Source: a virus
Direction: 5' to 3' (one strand)
Length of the DNA: 64,000 nucleotides
IMG/VR virus record: IMGVR_UViG_3300045988_118131
This document shows positions 9,506 to 22,751 of the stretch, in pieces. Position numbers and translations under genes: made by a program. Every line of letters starts with the position of its first letter. The stretch's first letter is position 1. The notes below the pieces were generated by a model. The model saw only the letters and a list, made by a program, of their open reading frames with translations. It ran no database searches and had not been told where the DNA came from.

Positions 9506-12375
9506 TCCTCCCTAAGTGTATTATTTTTCATTAATTCCTTTTTTAAAGCGGCTAATTTGGTTAACTGTTGAAACTTATTTTCCTTAAATATTTCAGAATA
9601 TGTAAAGGAATCTTCAGTAGAAGATAGCATGTTTCTTATAGTATCATTCATAAGTCGCATAACTTCAGAATCATTCAAATCTTCCGGTAATTTAAATATT
9701 TTTTTAACCACAGTCTCCCAATCTATTGAGTCCATAGTGTCTGTTACTGCAGAAGAATCTATATCAGTGAAGTAACTAGAAAATAAATGAACCAAATACT
9801 CCTCTTTTAAATCATTTTGAGTAAGTCCCTGATATGTAGAAGAAAAGCCTTCTGGAATTTCATTTATTTTTGACAGCAAGATATTATAAGCGTTTGTATC
9901 TTGAGTTCTCAAAGCTGCTAATATAATATGAGATAACTCATGTACATATGAATCTATAGTACTTAAATCTTCATTCATATATATTATTCCATCATGAGTA
10001 AACGCTTTAAAGTTTTTTAGGTCTTTTATAGAAAACCCTAGGTCAGCTTTGGTGGATTTTCTATTAAACCATATTACTGGAATTGTTCCTTTGGTCAATC
10101 TAGTATTTATTCTTTCTACTAAGTCCTGAGTAGTATAGTATTTAAAATCTCCAGTAACTGGGTGAACTACGGATCTCTCTGAATAATCAGAAGGACTAAG
10201 TCTAAATAGAAGTCTTTTCTTATTATCTCTTAGTAGCTTATTGAGACTTTCTACAGGTATTCCACTATCCTTTGAAAATTCTTCAATTCTAGGTTTAAAG
10301 AAATCCTCCTTACTCAAATTAGAAAAAGTGTCCTCTTCTACACTATAAAAATGTTCTCTCCCATTTGTATCTCTATACCAAATAATTCCATCCTCATTGA
10401 CTGGAGTAGCTACTTTCATGCCGTTTTGCAGTCCTTGTTCTACGTATTCCAGATTAACAGTAGTAATAGTAGGTTCAGATGAATCTAAGTCTATACATTT
10501 TATACTATTTTCATCTATTCTTTCTACAAATATATAATGTCTTCCAGTTTTGAGAATTAAATCTCCTTGTTCTATACTAGCGTTGTTTTCAGACAAATAA
10601 TACTGATGATATAATGGAATTTTCTCAGTTAAAGTTACTCCTACCGTAATGTTGGGATTTTTTTCATTATATAATTTAAATGATTCTCCTATAGAATATT
10701 GATTCATAGACTCATTAGACGAGGTCACCGGGACTAATGTAGGCTTTGTAGCAATACTTGAAAATACATTTGATTGATAACTCAATGGTTTGTACTTTGC
10801 AGCCAGAGGCTTCACAAATACAGGCATAATAGACGTATATTTGGATAGAACATTATCCATGTTGCTGTCACTTCCAGCATACAAATTGACTTGATAACCA
10901 AATCTATTTGCCTGTTTTACATATTCTATATCATTGGCAGATCCGTCTTTAATGGTTAAATAGCTTAAATTTTCTCTGTATAATTTAAATACATTTTCTG
11001 TCTTTGATAAACTAATATTACCCTCAAATTTTAAATTATATAGACCATACTTATTAAGAAGAACTTTCACTTCAGAACTATTATTAAGAGCCATTTCTAG
11101 AGGAATAGTAACAGATTCCTGTCCTCCATCATACGATACATTACTTGCAGAAGAGGACACTATTAAGCTCTTGAAATTAAGTCTGGAGGCAGTATATCTA
11201 ATTTTTATCATACGATTTTGACCAAACCTAGTTCCTGGCTCTATGTCTAGTTTAGATGGGTCAGGAGTGAAGGATAACTCTGACTCAGGTATAGAAATAT
11301 TATCAATTAAAAGTAATTTGCTAGCTTCCATTAACCTATCTTTTATATTATCCTTTTTAATTGTGCTAGAGTTTAGCTTATCATAAACTACTTCTGCTAC
11401 GTCTTTATGCTTAATTAAATACCCTCATAAATCTTTTCTATATATAGTAGTGTCAACTTCTTCTAGCCCAAAAGCCTCTTTAAATTCTTCCTCTGTAGCT
11501 TTTACAGTATAAGAATTTCATAGTCCATTTTTAAAGTTTATAATATCTTTTACACTAACTCCTATAGTTCCATCAGAATTGGTAATTATTGCATTTCTGT
11601 CATCTACCATTATATCAAATAGAGCATTTTCCTGATGTGAACCTGATAGTTTAATTTTATCAGTTAATTTTATTTTCGTATTTATATCCTGATTAATTAG
11701 ACCATTTAAAGAGTCTCTCACTGATTGTTCCAAATTTGGATTTGCAAATAAGTATATTGCTTTATCCATCATAGACAAATCTTTAATATCCTTATATAGT
11801 TCTCCAGAATAATCTTCGATTACTTTTGAAAATTGTTTAAATATCCAACTATTAGGCTCCCTTAACTGATTTAACGTATACACAGTAGAGAGCAGAGATA
11901 ATGCTTCCTCCGGTTGGGATTCTGGGTTTAATATTAGCATAGTTCTATTATTCTTAGTTAATACTCTATTCCTAGCTCCATCCATAAGAATAACATCATA
12001 ATTAGAAGTATTAATAACTCCTCTACTTCCCAGAACATTAGACAGCAACAAAACTTTATCGCTTCTTCTAGAGGCATTAAAATACGAAGCTATATTATAG
12101 ATACTACTATTCCCCGCATAACTATCCAATAGTTTAGAAATCTCTGAATCTGACAAAACTTCTTTATTCAGAATGTTCTTTAACTCAGATGAACTGTTAT
12201 GCTCTCCATTTAAAGAATTAGTTATTTCTTCTAATATACTTATATTACTTTTATCTTTTAGTATATATTTTGAAATAATATCGGGAAAGGAAGCAGTTAA
12301 GTCTGCTTCCTTTGACACGTCGATATTAAAAGTGTACTTCTTTGAACCAACGTTTATTTGAATACAATGTTTCAT
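9499..12375 (-). CDS. large virion-associated protein with HExxH zincin-like motif (958 aa with TGA as sense)
   Basis: ORFs 9499..11331 and 11518..12375 are in one frame, interrupted only by TGA at 11425-11427 and 11518-11520. HELSH is encoded at 9928-9942. The ATG at 12373-12375 overlaps the upstream TAA (TAATG). Confidence 0.65.
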
Positions 12376-15300
12376 TAGTCACAATTAAGTTTAAATTCAA
12401 CTAAGCCACTAGAAATAAATTTTGCTAAATCAGCTGCAACTTGAATACTCTTAGCTTTAGTAAAAGCATTTACACTGTCAGTAGTAAACAATAGTGTATT
12501 TATATTGGCAATTGGATCAGCATCTATATCTAGTTTAGTTTTGTTATAGAATATTTCTGTAACTCCCTCTAAAGACTTTTTCTTTTCTAATCCCATAACC
12601 TCTTGATCTAGCGGTATAAGACGCAATACTAAGTCTTTAATATCATAGTTAATTGCAGAATCTGAATCTTGTTTGGATAACTGACTTATATATTTCATGT
12701 ATTTAGACACCATTCTGTTCGGATTACTTAAATCTTCCTTAAACAAATTAGTGAATGAGTAACTACTATTTGAGTTTTTATTCATCAATAAATTATACAA
12801 GAATAGAGCGTCCCCAAATGTTAAGCCATTAGATATAGAAGTTCATGAATATAATTTACTATAATCAATAGATATATCAGAAAGTCTAGTCTCATTTATA
12901 TCTCGACTCATAGTACTCATATCAATATCTAGGGCGCACATAGTGTAAGGAACTCTTAAGTCATTTTGGAAATTCTTTACAGTTATATTTTTAGCAAAGT
13001 TATCATTTCTGGTTCTAAACAAATTTATCAAATATTCTTCCATCCAATTTTTGAACGTAAGTCTATTGTCTAAATTATCAAAATTTATTATATAATCCTC
13101 TGCTGAATCTAAATGGATAGGATTTCCTTCAACGTATTCAGTTGTTACTCCAGGTATAGTTATAGGAGCAACAGTTTTGAAATAATCGTTGATTATACAA
13201 TCAGTCAAAAATCTATTAATCTTATTTGTAATTTTAGGGGTAAGTCCTCCTTTTATAACCCCTAAAGATTGCAGTTCTCTATTTATGTTTATTATATTAG
13301 CTCTTCTAACAGTTAAAGAATCTAGAACAGTATTATTTGTAGTAAAGGTTTTTAACATTTCTCCAAAGTGAGGAACAGTTAATATAGCATCTAATATATT
13401 GACAAACGGGCTCTTATATTTATACCAATGTTTAAAAAATTCTTGAGTTTCTTTGTTGTTAACAAACTCATTTAAATCAAAAGGTTTATAAGCATATTGA
13501 TCATTAATCAAATGATTAAGTTCTACGTTAGTAAAGTATTTTTCTAACTCGGAGTATATTGCCTCTTCACTTTCGCTTAATTCCTGTCCTTTTTTCAACT
13601 TATCAAAGACTCTGAATTCCTCGTTAGTAAATTGCAAGGTTCTAGCAATACTATTAGTTAGGCTAGATAAATAATTTACCTGTTCATATAACTGAGTTCT
13701 GATACCCTGGTTTAATGATGATAATCTTCCTAACAAGGTTAATTCATTAGCACCTTTTCTTATATTGACAATGTTATCTATACTTTGTTCTAATTCTTCT
13801 CTAGGCATTCCCTTTAGTATCTTATTTATTTGATTATCTCTTTTAACACATTCATTTAAAAAGCGGTTGAATAAGATCTTAATATTGTCTTTAGAACTAA
13901 TAAATGTTTCCTGAGCTTCACTTTCGAATAACTCTAGATTTGCATCTTCATCTATTTCATCCAAAAATGATTGATACTCTAACTCTTCAATATCCCTTAT
14001 CTTCTTACTTGATATAGAAGCATTTAATACAGCATTAGGAGTAATAAGATATTCTCTTAAGAACTCTTTAAAGGAATCTATATTTTCTATAAATTCTTTA
14101 GCTATTTCAGCTTCTAATAAATCATTAGACAATTCTTTTAGATTATCGTGTTTATTTTTAAATTCTACCCAAGCATTCCTAAAAGAGTTTATATATTTCT
14201 CTGGAACATATCGTCCTAGTTTCGGTCCTTTTAGATAATAATTGATAGAGTAGTCAATATTATTGTCAGCTTCTCCAGAAACAAAGATATTACTTTTTGC
14301 CTTTTCTTTTATTAGACTCATTATAGGAGAGGTCATAAACTTTGCAGAATCGGCAAATGTAGCCCCTCTAAATAATAAATATATGTACATACCCATTAAG
14401 TCTGGAGTTGCATTAATCTTTTCTAGTACTAGCTCTTTAGCATTATCAGTAGCCAAACTTAACAATACTGATATAGATAGAAATACGTCTTCTTGCGCTC
14501 CAATCTTTTCTAGTATTTGTCTTAGAGTTGCATCTCCTTCAATAGGTACATCAAGTACAGAAATCTTATTCCCATTCTCGTCTAATTCATATTCCCCATT
14601 TTCATCTACTATAAAAGAATTAGACAAATTATCATAGTTTACATTAGGAATAATGTTTAAATATCCTCCCTTTAGATCTAATCCAGATATATCTACAATA
14701 GGCTTGCCCTTTATTTCATTTATTGTGTCAAGCCATTTTTGGATAGTCCAATCCCTTTGATTATATAATTTACTATGGACATATGTTAAAGTATTAGAAT
14801 ATACCTTAATACCAGTAGCAGCTATACCAATTCCGTCTTTACCAATACTATTCTGGAATTGGGCGATTGCTTTTGCTGCAGGATTATTATTGTTTATATA
14901 TTTGCTAAAGCTCTCTGCATGTTCAGCAGCTTTTTGTCCGTCTTCTATAGAGATAGGGGATGTCTGGGATACTATGTTAGCATAGTTAGTTCCAACTTCT
15001 CACATTTCAGCAAATACTTTGTTTTTTATTCCTTCCTGGATTCTATATTCATTATCAATATTATATAAATTATGGTAATCTATCACTGTTCTAGCTGAGT
15101 CCTTATAATTTTCATCAATAGAAATAGATTTTCTGGAAGATGCAACAGATAGTAACTCAACTAAATCTTCTATACTATCTGAGTTTTCATATTTTTCATA
15201 CAGTTCTGTTATATCTACTCCATCCTTAGAAAATTTGATAGGTTTACCAGTAGGTAAAGGTAGTCTTAATGATTTTCTAAATGTGTTTATATCAGAGTAA

Positions 15301-18300
15301 TCAAAATAGGGACTCCAATCTACAAATATACCATCATTGTCTATACTAGCACCTAGTATAAATGCTTTATCAATGTCCAGTTATCTTATATCTTTCGATA
15401 TAAGCCCGACTATATCATCATTCCTTAATCTCACGACTATTGAATGTCTCGCACTTCAGAATCAGCTTTTTGCTGAGCAATAAATTCTTCCTTAGTAAAA
15501 TTGTCTCTAATTTTATATAATAAAGAGGGAACCTGCTCTATATAAGGTTTTACAATTTCTATAAACTTGTAACAGTCTTGTTCGGAACTGGAAGCTATAG
15601 AAAAAGTACCCTTTCCTTCTTTAAATGGTCTAAATTTTATACCCCAAACTTCACTAAAATAATTAATAATAATTTTTACAGTTTCCTCATTTACACAAGT
15701 AGCTATTTTTATGGTATGTTGAATCGAACTACGTTGTTTTGAAGTATTAACATTAATACACCCATCATCCATATACCAAATAGCTAATCCTAAAGGATTT
15801 AACCAATTTAATAATCTTCTAGTAATAGTTTTCTTTGGAATATAAACAGTCCTACGTAATGCTTTAATTGTAGGATTTATTGACATTTGAGAGTATAAAA
15901 CATTTTTTCCAGTATTGTATCCACACGAAGATATGTATTCTTTAATCCCGTTATTTTTAAAATTATATTCATTTAATAATTTTACTTTCCATTCTAAATA
16001 CTCCCTTTGAGCTTCAGAATGAGATAATTTAAATACAAAATTACTAGATATAGTCCCATCTCCTAATAACATACCTATTAACAAACTCTTTTGTTCTTTA
16101 CTAAGTTTTTTAACAATTTTTCTTGCCATTTATCCAATATTTCTAAATTAAACATTAGATAAAAGTTCTTACTCCCTTCCGGGATAGTCTGTGAACCTTC
16201 ATCCTTATAAAATACAAAGATATTAAAAATTTTGTCAACCTAAAAGTCTTTCTTTGTAAAATTTATCTAGGATGCTTGGATGCGGATTGTCCAATCTTAT
16301 CATTTTTTACTATACCTGTAGTGGTTAATTACAGCCATTAGATATATTTCTATTCTAATTTAGTATGATAAGCTCTAAGGAGGTCCCCGTCAATTCACGA
16401 GATTTAACGATTACCACATTTTGTTTCTATTTAAGCAAGCTTCAAGTTAAATTTTAGCTGATAATCGGACCCTTGAAGCCAAAGCTGGTCTGCACATATA
16501 TATACAACGTTAGAATCTGTATTAATGAATCCTTTTATAGTCATATTCATAAACGATTGCATAGACTGTGCAGGAATACGAGCTACTATAAAGTTTAGTG
16601 CCATATTTTTAAACGATATAGCCATTTTATTAGCTTTACGTTCAATGGCTCTTTCTGGAGCTTCGTATACGGCCTCTAAGTCTTCTTTTGAAGGCAATTC
16701 GTCTTCACTAGTTAGCATATTGAGTACAGAATCAGATACTAACTTAGATTTTTCTAATGCACTTGCTACATCGTGTCTGTTTACTCTATATACTACTGTT
16801 TCAGAGAATGTGCTACTATTTTCTAAATAGTTCATATCCTCTGGATTATCTAATACTGCAGCTACTATTCTTTCTCCATATTGCATTTTAGAATATAACT
16901 TAATACCCTTTTTTATAGGATATAACGGCTCTCCATTAGTATCGAGTACAAACACTTTATTATTTAATACTGCAGTTTCTGGATTATATTCTGACCACTT
17001 ACTCTTATCAAAATCTTCTCCTAATATAAGATATAAATTATTAGATGAATTTAATCCTTTTAATGCTGCAAAGGCTTTATCCGGCTTGAAATCGTTTAAG
17101 TCTGAATAATCAAATACATCATATAATTTAGTTTTAAAGAAAGTAACTGGATCTTCTAATATTGAACCTAAGTTGTCCCCTTCCTTTAGCATAAACTTAC
17201 TAGCCCAAACTTTTGGAAGAAGCATTTCGTTGGCTGAATAAGAGATTTCACCATCTAAAGGGATATATTCCAAATTAGATTTAGACCACTCTACCAACGA
17301 CGGATACTCGTGATTATACTGTATTCTTTTACAGTCTGAAATTATCCATTCCTTAATTGTTAAACCTAATTTTTTTAATGATTCCTCATTGCCCTCTATA
17401 GCTTTGTTTATATGATTAATTATGTCCCCTTCATTTCCTGTATATAATGATTCCTTGCTTTTTACAAAGTTTATAAACTTAGAAAGTCTTAATATATCTA
17501 AGTCATTAGGAACATCAGTATTAATTTCTCCAGAACTAGAAACTGACTTAACTTTTCCTAAAGTTCTAGAAAGTGAGTAACTTAGTTTGGAACTATCCAT
17601 ATCAAAACCGTCATAAACCCCTCTTTCTCCTAAATTAAATGTATAATTGTGAGGTCTTAAATTCCTTCCATATTTATTTATCTTCTCTACTTGTCTTCCA
17701 AGTTGTCTATATTTATCTCTTAAATCTTGCAGACTTATATGTTGTCTTCCGTCCTTTAGAGGTTTGAAAGTAACTTGTTTTTCTACCCCATCATCCAAAA
17801 CCCAATCTCCATTTAATACCTGTCCTGGATCTACAAGAGTATTAGGGATGTTATCTATTGGCACTACTCCATTTTTATTCTCATAATCTTCTTTGGTATA
17901 TAATTGAGTATTGCCATTTTCATCAGTATATTCGATAAGTCCAACAACATCGTGTGATGGATTTAATACTGCATTTAATCCAAAGAATTTTCTACGAATA
18001 ATATTTTGGTTTAGGTTATTAGCAAAATCAATGACAAATTTACTAAAAATATTTGGATCGTCAAAAGGAACTAGTATTTCTTTTTCTGCATTATTTTCTA
18101 GTAGATCTTCTTTAATTAATTTAATATACCTAGAAGCTAAATTTTCTGCTGATAAGTCGTCCGTACTAAATGATTGTAACAATTGCTTTCCTAAAGTAAC
18201 AATAAGTTGATTGTTATTGACATTCATAAAAGGCTCTAATCCTTTAGCTATATAAGATCCCAAGTCTCTATACACAGCTAAGGTAGTTTCATAAGAAATA

Positions 18301-21300
18301 CCCTTTTGAATAAGTGCAGACATAACCTGCGTCATTTCCGATACTTCAGAGTTTTCAGCATGGTGTTCAGCAGACATTTGTATTCCTATAAAGTCTGGGT
18401 CAATTTCTATGTAGGTCAAATCTAAATCGTTATAATAGTTAGATGTATCCAGTAGATTTATAGCCCCATTTTTTATAGCAGAATGATTAGCCAAATAGCT
18501 TACGTCACTTAGTTTTAAAGGTTGGAAGAATTTTCCAGAATTTCTAATTTTCTTAATGTAGCCATCAGAAAATTTGGGAAATTTTGCTATAAATTCTAAC
18601 GGAAGTTTAGTAGTCAACTCCATAAGAGATTCAATAGCTTTAGTCTTCTCTAAATTAAGATTAGAAGCTAGGTTAGCTACAGTTTCTATTGAGGATTCAT
18701 CATACTCGTTATTATACGCTATAGATTTTTCCCCACCTAATACTTTCCATAATGTATAATTTGAATTAATATTAACTCCTTGAACAATATCATTTGATAT
18801 TATACTTCCGTCAAGATTGTAAGTAGTAATTTCTATATCATACATATTATTAATTTTTCCATCTTCCGAAATGTTAGATCCATTATATGTAATATTTTTA
18901 ACTTCCTTTATAACTACTTTTTGAACCCCATTTTCTATTATAGTTTCCTTATATCTCGGATTTAAAAGAGTGTTTTTGGCATCTTTTAAATGAACAGAGG
19001 AGCTATTTAATTTCAATTTACTTTTTAAATGGTTTATATTAAGTGCAATAGGAACTATCCAATTTTCATCGGACATTTTCTTTAACATACTCTCGGCGCT
19101 GTTTTTACCTAAAGAGTTTCTAATAATGGTATTATTTACAGAGAATGTTGCACATTTCATAAGTCCAGATGATAGGTAATTAGCTAACGAAAAATATCCG
19201 ATAGGTTTTCTATGAATACTAGACTGTTTCACTTCTTCTACAGAATTCTTTTCCCAAATAGCTTGGAAAGGATTCATCCATATACCTCCGTCATACATAG
19301 TAACTTTATCTATATCCCCATGTATATTACCCACATAATCTATAGGGTCTTCAATTACAGCCAGTTTAAGTTTATTTGGAACTCCGTTAAGTTTATTCTT
19401 AAGCCAAGTATGAATAGTAGCACCTCCAATTACAGCACGTTTATATGATGCATTAGTTCTAGCAGCGTCTTCTTGAATGATGCTAGAATCGCTAAATTTG
19501 AAGAAATCAGAGCGAGAAGGAGTTTCTCCCTTCTTTAGTTTGGAATCAGCTAAGGACTTAGAAGTAGCACCTTTAGCAGGATGTATAAACGGAAGACCAT
19601 ATACTAAAGAATTATAGTTACTGGCTATAAGATTGTCTAAGGATAGAAATTTATCGAGAAGAGGATTCAATTCTATAGTAAAATCTGAACTAAGCACATC
19701 ATCTTGTGTAATATAACTTATAGATTCCCCATTTCTGAATGCTTTAAACAATATAAGTTCATTAGAATCTTTGTTTACCCAATCTTCCATATATGAATCG
19801 TAATCCATATTCATCTTTTCCAAATGAAACTTAATACCATTCTTTATTTCGGTTATTTCTTTTCCATTATTGTAACTTAACTCTATTTTCGTAGAATCCT
19901 GTAGTTTTAAAGCATAAAATCCTTTATTGAGATTTTCCCTGGAATTGTATTTTTCTATATCGTCATTTGAATACATTTTAAAGAAGTCGTACAATGCCGG
20001 ATTGACTTTAAATCCAGGAAGCCAATGTATTTGGTCTATTATAGTAACCATTTCGCCAGTAGTGTGCTTTAAGTATCTTAAAGCGTCCTCTATTAATTTT
20101 CCATCAGCTTTCTCTCTAAATAAAGATAAATAGTTTTCATATTTTTTAATAACATTATCTGTATTTAAATCATACTCAGAAGCTAGCTCATCTACATTTC
20201 CAAATACTCCAGTTTTAACTAATGCTTGATAGTCAGAAAGTACTCTGTTAATAAATACATTAGCCATTCTTTTTGTAGACTCGTATTTAATACTTCTAAC
20301 CTGATCCGGAGTCATTTCTTGGAGAGTCCTTCCTTTTAGATGGTCAGGTATCCAAGACGCTTCTAGAGGAATATTAGTATTAATGACTTTATTCCAAATA
20401 GTAGATTTATCTGAGTACACAGTAGGTTGTATAGAAACTTCATCTTCTCTGGTTAGGAAGTCATGAATGAAAAATAAGTAATTAGTTTCTGAGTCAGTAG
20501 CAGTATTAATTTTCTTAGGAGTAGAATTGTAAAAACTGTTATAGAATGTTTTTAATTCCGTTCTTGTTAGTAGTCTACTGTCTTCTGTAGTACCGTTAGA
20601 AGTAAATAGATTATATTTAACTACATCATCATCCAGAATGTTATCTGATACTTTACTAAGTAGAGTTTCGAAGTAGTAGTGATCATCATTAGTTAAATTA
20701 GTCAAACGTTCTTTTTGTAACTTATTACCATTGGCGTCTGTAACATTAGATTTAGAACTGTCTCCGTTTATAATACTTTGTACTACGGCTAATGATTCTA
20801 GACCATTTAAAGATGAAAAGTATCCTGACATTTTTAGAGATTTGGTCTCTATATTAAAATACTTCCACGGACTTTCATAGGAATCAGAAAGTTCTAAATT
20901 AGGATATAAATCTAAAACTGTTCTTAAACTAGGATTTTCTACTAATTTATCAGAAATATTCATGTTTAGCAGAGAAGCTGTGATAACATCCAATACTCCA
21001 TTTAATTTGGCATCAGAATTTATAATTTGAGACAAGATATTAACATAAATATCATCTGCATGAATATACGCAAAATCAACTAATAATCTTTCTAGCATTT
21101 TTCCAAGACTGGAGTCCGTTGATAAACTACTTCTTGTGATTCTAGTCTCATTCATTGAATATGTAGGATTATTAGGATCGGAGAAGTCTATAGTTAAAAT
21201 ATCATCGTTGTCGCCTAATGTTATTTTACTTAGATTAAGACTATCTGAGATATTATCAGAGTAATAGTTTAATGAAGTTCCATTCTCGCTTAAAAAGTTT

Positions 21301-22751
21301 ACGTTCCACTTTTTAAGTGCATTTAACCTAGAATCTCTATATAAACTATTTGCCATTATGTTTCTTTCTATAGTATATTTTTTTCTATCTATATCAGAAC
21401 TGTTTAGTATAGTGGCTTTATTAGTCTTGTCTGTAGTATTATATATATATTGAGTATAAGTTGTAAAACTAGTTTTATTTATCTGATTTAATATCATTCC
21501 GTAAATATCAAATTCGGATGAAACCATATTAGAGTCTAAACTAGCCTTTGCTAGACTGGGAGTTCTTAATGAGAATATTTTATAATACATAGTATCGAAT
21601 ATTCTTCTAACATGTTCCTTCTCTCCAGAAAATATTGTTTTTCTATATCTGTCTGCCTTTTCAAACAAAGATTCTATACTATAAGTATCATCTCTAAGTC
21701 TAGAATAATCATTCCTAGTTACAGGATTTTCCTTTAGTATTCTTAAAACCTCTTTGAAGTTTCTATAAGATAAGTACTGGTTTGGGACTATCTTATAGAC
21801 TCCTTTACTATCTCTATCATATAGATTAATATTTTCCAAGAACTTTCTAACTAAAGGGTTAGCTTCATCCGACTCTTTAGATAAATCTTCGTCCCATTTT
21901 TGGGCTGGAACTTGCTGAAATGCAAATTCATATTTTGGAATATTATACAGAGGAATAGTGTTGGAACCTCTCAGATTTAGTCCAGTTCTTGATATTCCTA
22001 CTATTTCCGAGAAATTAGGGTTAGTTATAAGTTTATCAAAATTTACTAGAGAGTAGAAGCTATAAAAAGCATTATCCTCAACAGGATCATTGCTTGATTT
22101 ATATTTTCCGTTCACTAATCTCTCACTGAACTTGTTCTGGGCAGCCTCTAATAGTAGATTATAGGGTATAATTTGCAATTCACTACCATTAGTTCCTAAA
22201 TCTTTATATAGAGGGAAGTTATCTATTTCTAAGTATTTTACTATATTATCTACATAAGTCTGTTTTAGTCTCTGTATAGAGAAATTAAGATCTGCTGTAG
22301 ATTTAACTATTCTTTCAGGCTGTAATAGAACTGCACTATTAACTAAACTTGTATTAAACCATTTAGAGAATAGTTTAAGAGTATTATCTCCTAAAAAACT
22401 ATTTGTAAGAGAATCTGTAAGTCTTGGCAGTTTATTTACTTTATTAGGTCTTAACTCTCTTCTTAAATATTTTAATCTATTATAATCTTTCAATATCAAT
22501 GATGCTACTTCTGAGAACTGTTCTTCATTTAAATCTTCGTCCTCAAAATTCTCAGTAACTACATCAACAAAATCATCTACTGAACTAGGTAATTGTCCTG
22601 TTTGAGTAAGTAATTTAATAGAGAGACCTTTTAAAGCCTCTCTATCACTTACTATCTTCCCATCAACATCAACTGAGAAAACATCATTAAACTCTGTAAC
22701 GGCAAGAGTGTTATCTAATGCTCGTCTAAAGTCATTACAAATATTAGCCAT
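12375..22751 (-). CDS. giant RNA polymerase-like protein, split gene: exon 1 16461-22751, exon 2 12375-15377 (about 3097 aa)
   Basis: Exon 1 is ORF 16431..22751 up to ...LWLQGSDY. Exon 2 continues in frame as DIDKAFILGAS... through TGA at 15000-15002 and 12843-12845 to TAA at 12375. Splicing restores DYDID, which resembles the DxDxD catalytic loop I recall for the crAss-like virion RNAP (phi14:2 gp66). Confidence 0.6.
15378..16460 (-). mobile_element. group I intron (1083 nt) carrying a homing endonuclease ORF
   Basis: The 5' exon ends in U and the intron ends in G. P1 is exon CGAUUAU paired with internal GUAAUCG (16408-16415), with a U.G wobble at the splice site. Core elements: P GAAUUGACGGGGAC (16383-16396), Q ACAAUCCGCAUCC (16278-16290), R GGUUCACAGACUAUCC (16182-16197), S GAUGAUAUAGUCGGGC (15404-15419). 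The terminal hairpin CUUAUAUC-GAAA-GAUAUAAG has a GNRA loop. Confidence 0.85.
15437..16129 (-). CDS. LAGLIDADG homing endonuclease (230 aa), intron-encoded
   Basis: Two LAGLIDADG motifs: LIGMLLGDGTI and LAIWYMDDGCI. The ORF lies between the R and S elements of the intron. TAG stop and no in-frame TGA. Confidence 0.9.
   Translation of the reverse strand: MARKIVKKLSKEQKSLLIGMLLGDGTISSNFVFKLSHSEAQREYLEWKVKLLNEYNFKNNGIKEYISSCGYNTGKNVLYSQMSINPTIKALRRTVYIPKKTITRRLLNWLNPLGLAIWYMDDGCINVNTSKQRSSIQHTIKIATCVNEETVKIIINYFSEVWGIKFRPFKEGKGTFSIASSSEQDCYKFIEIVKPYIEQVPSLLYKIRDNFTKEEFIAQQKADSEVRDIQ

Noticed and set aside
16431-16460. The C-terminal residues QLKFNLKLA of track ORF 16431..22751 could be genuine coding sequence
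   Set aside because: They are read-through into the 5' end of the group I intron. The exon ends at 16461 according to the P1 pairing and the restored DYDID motif.
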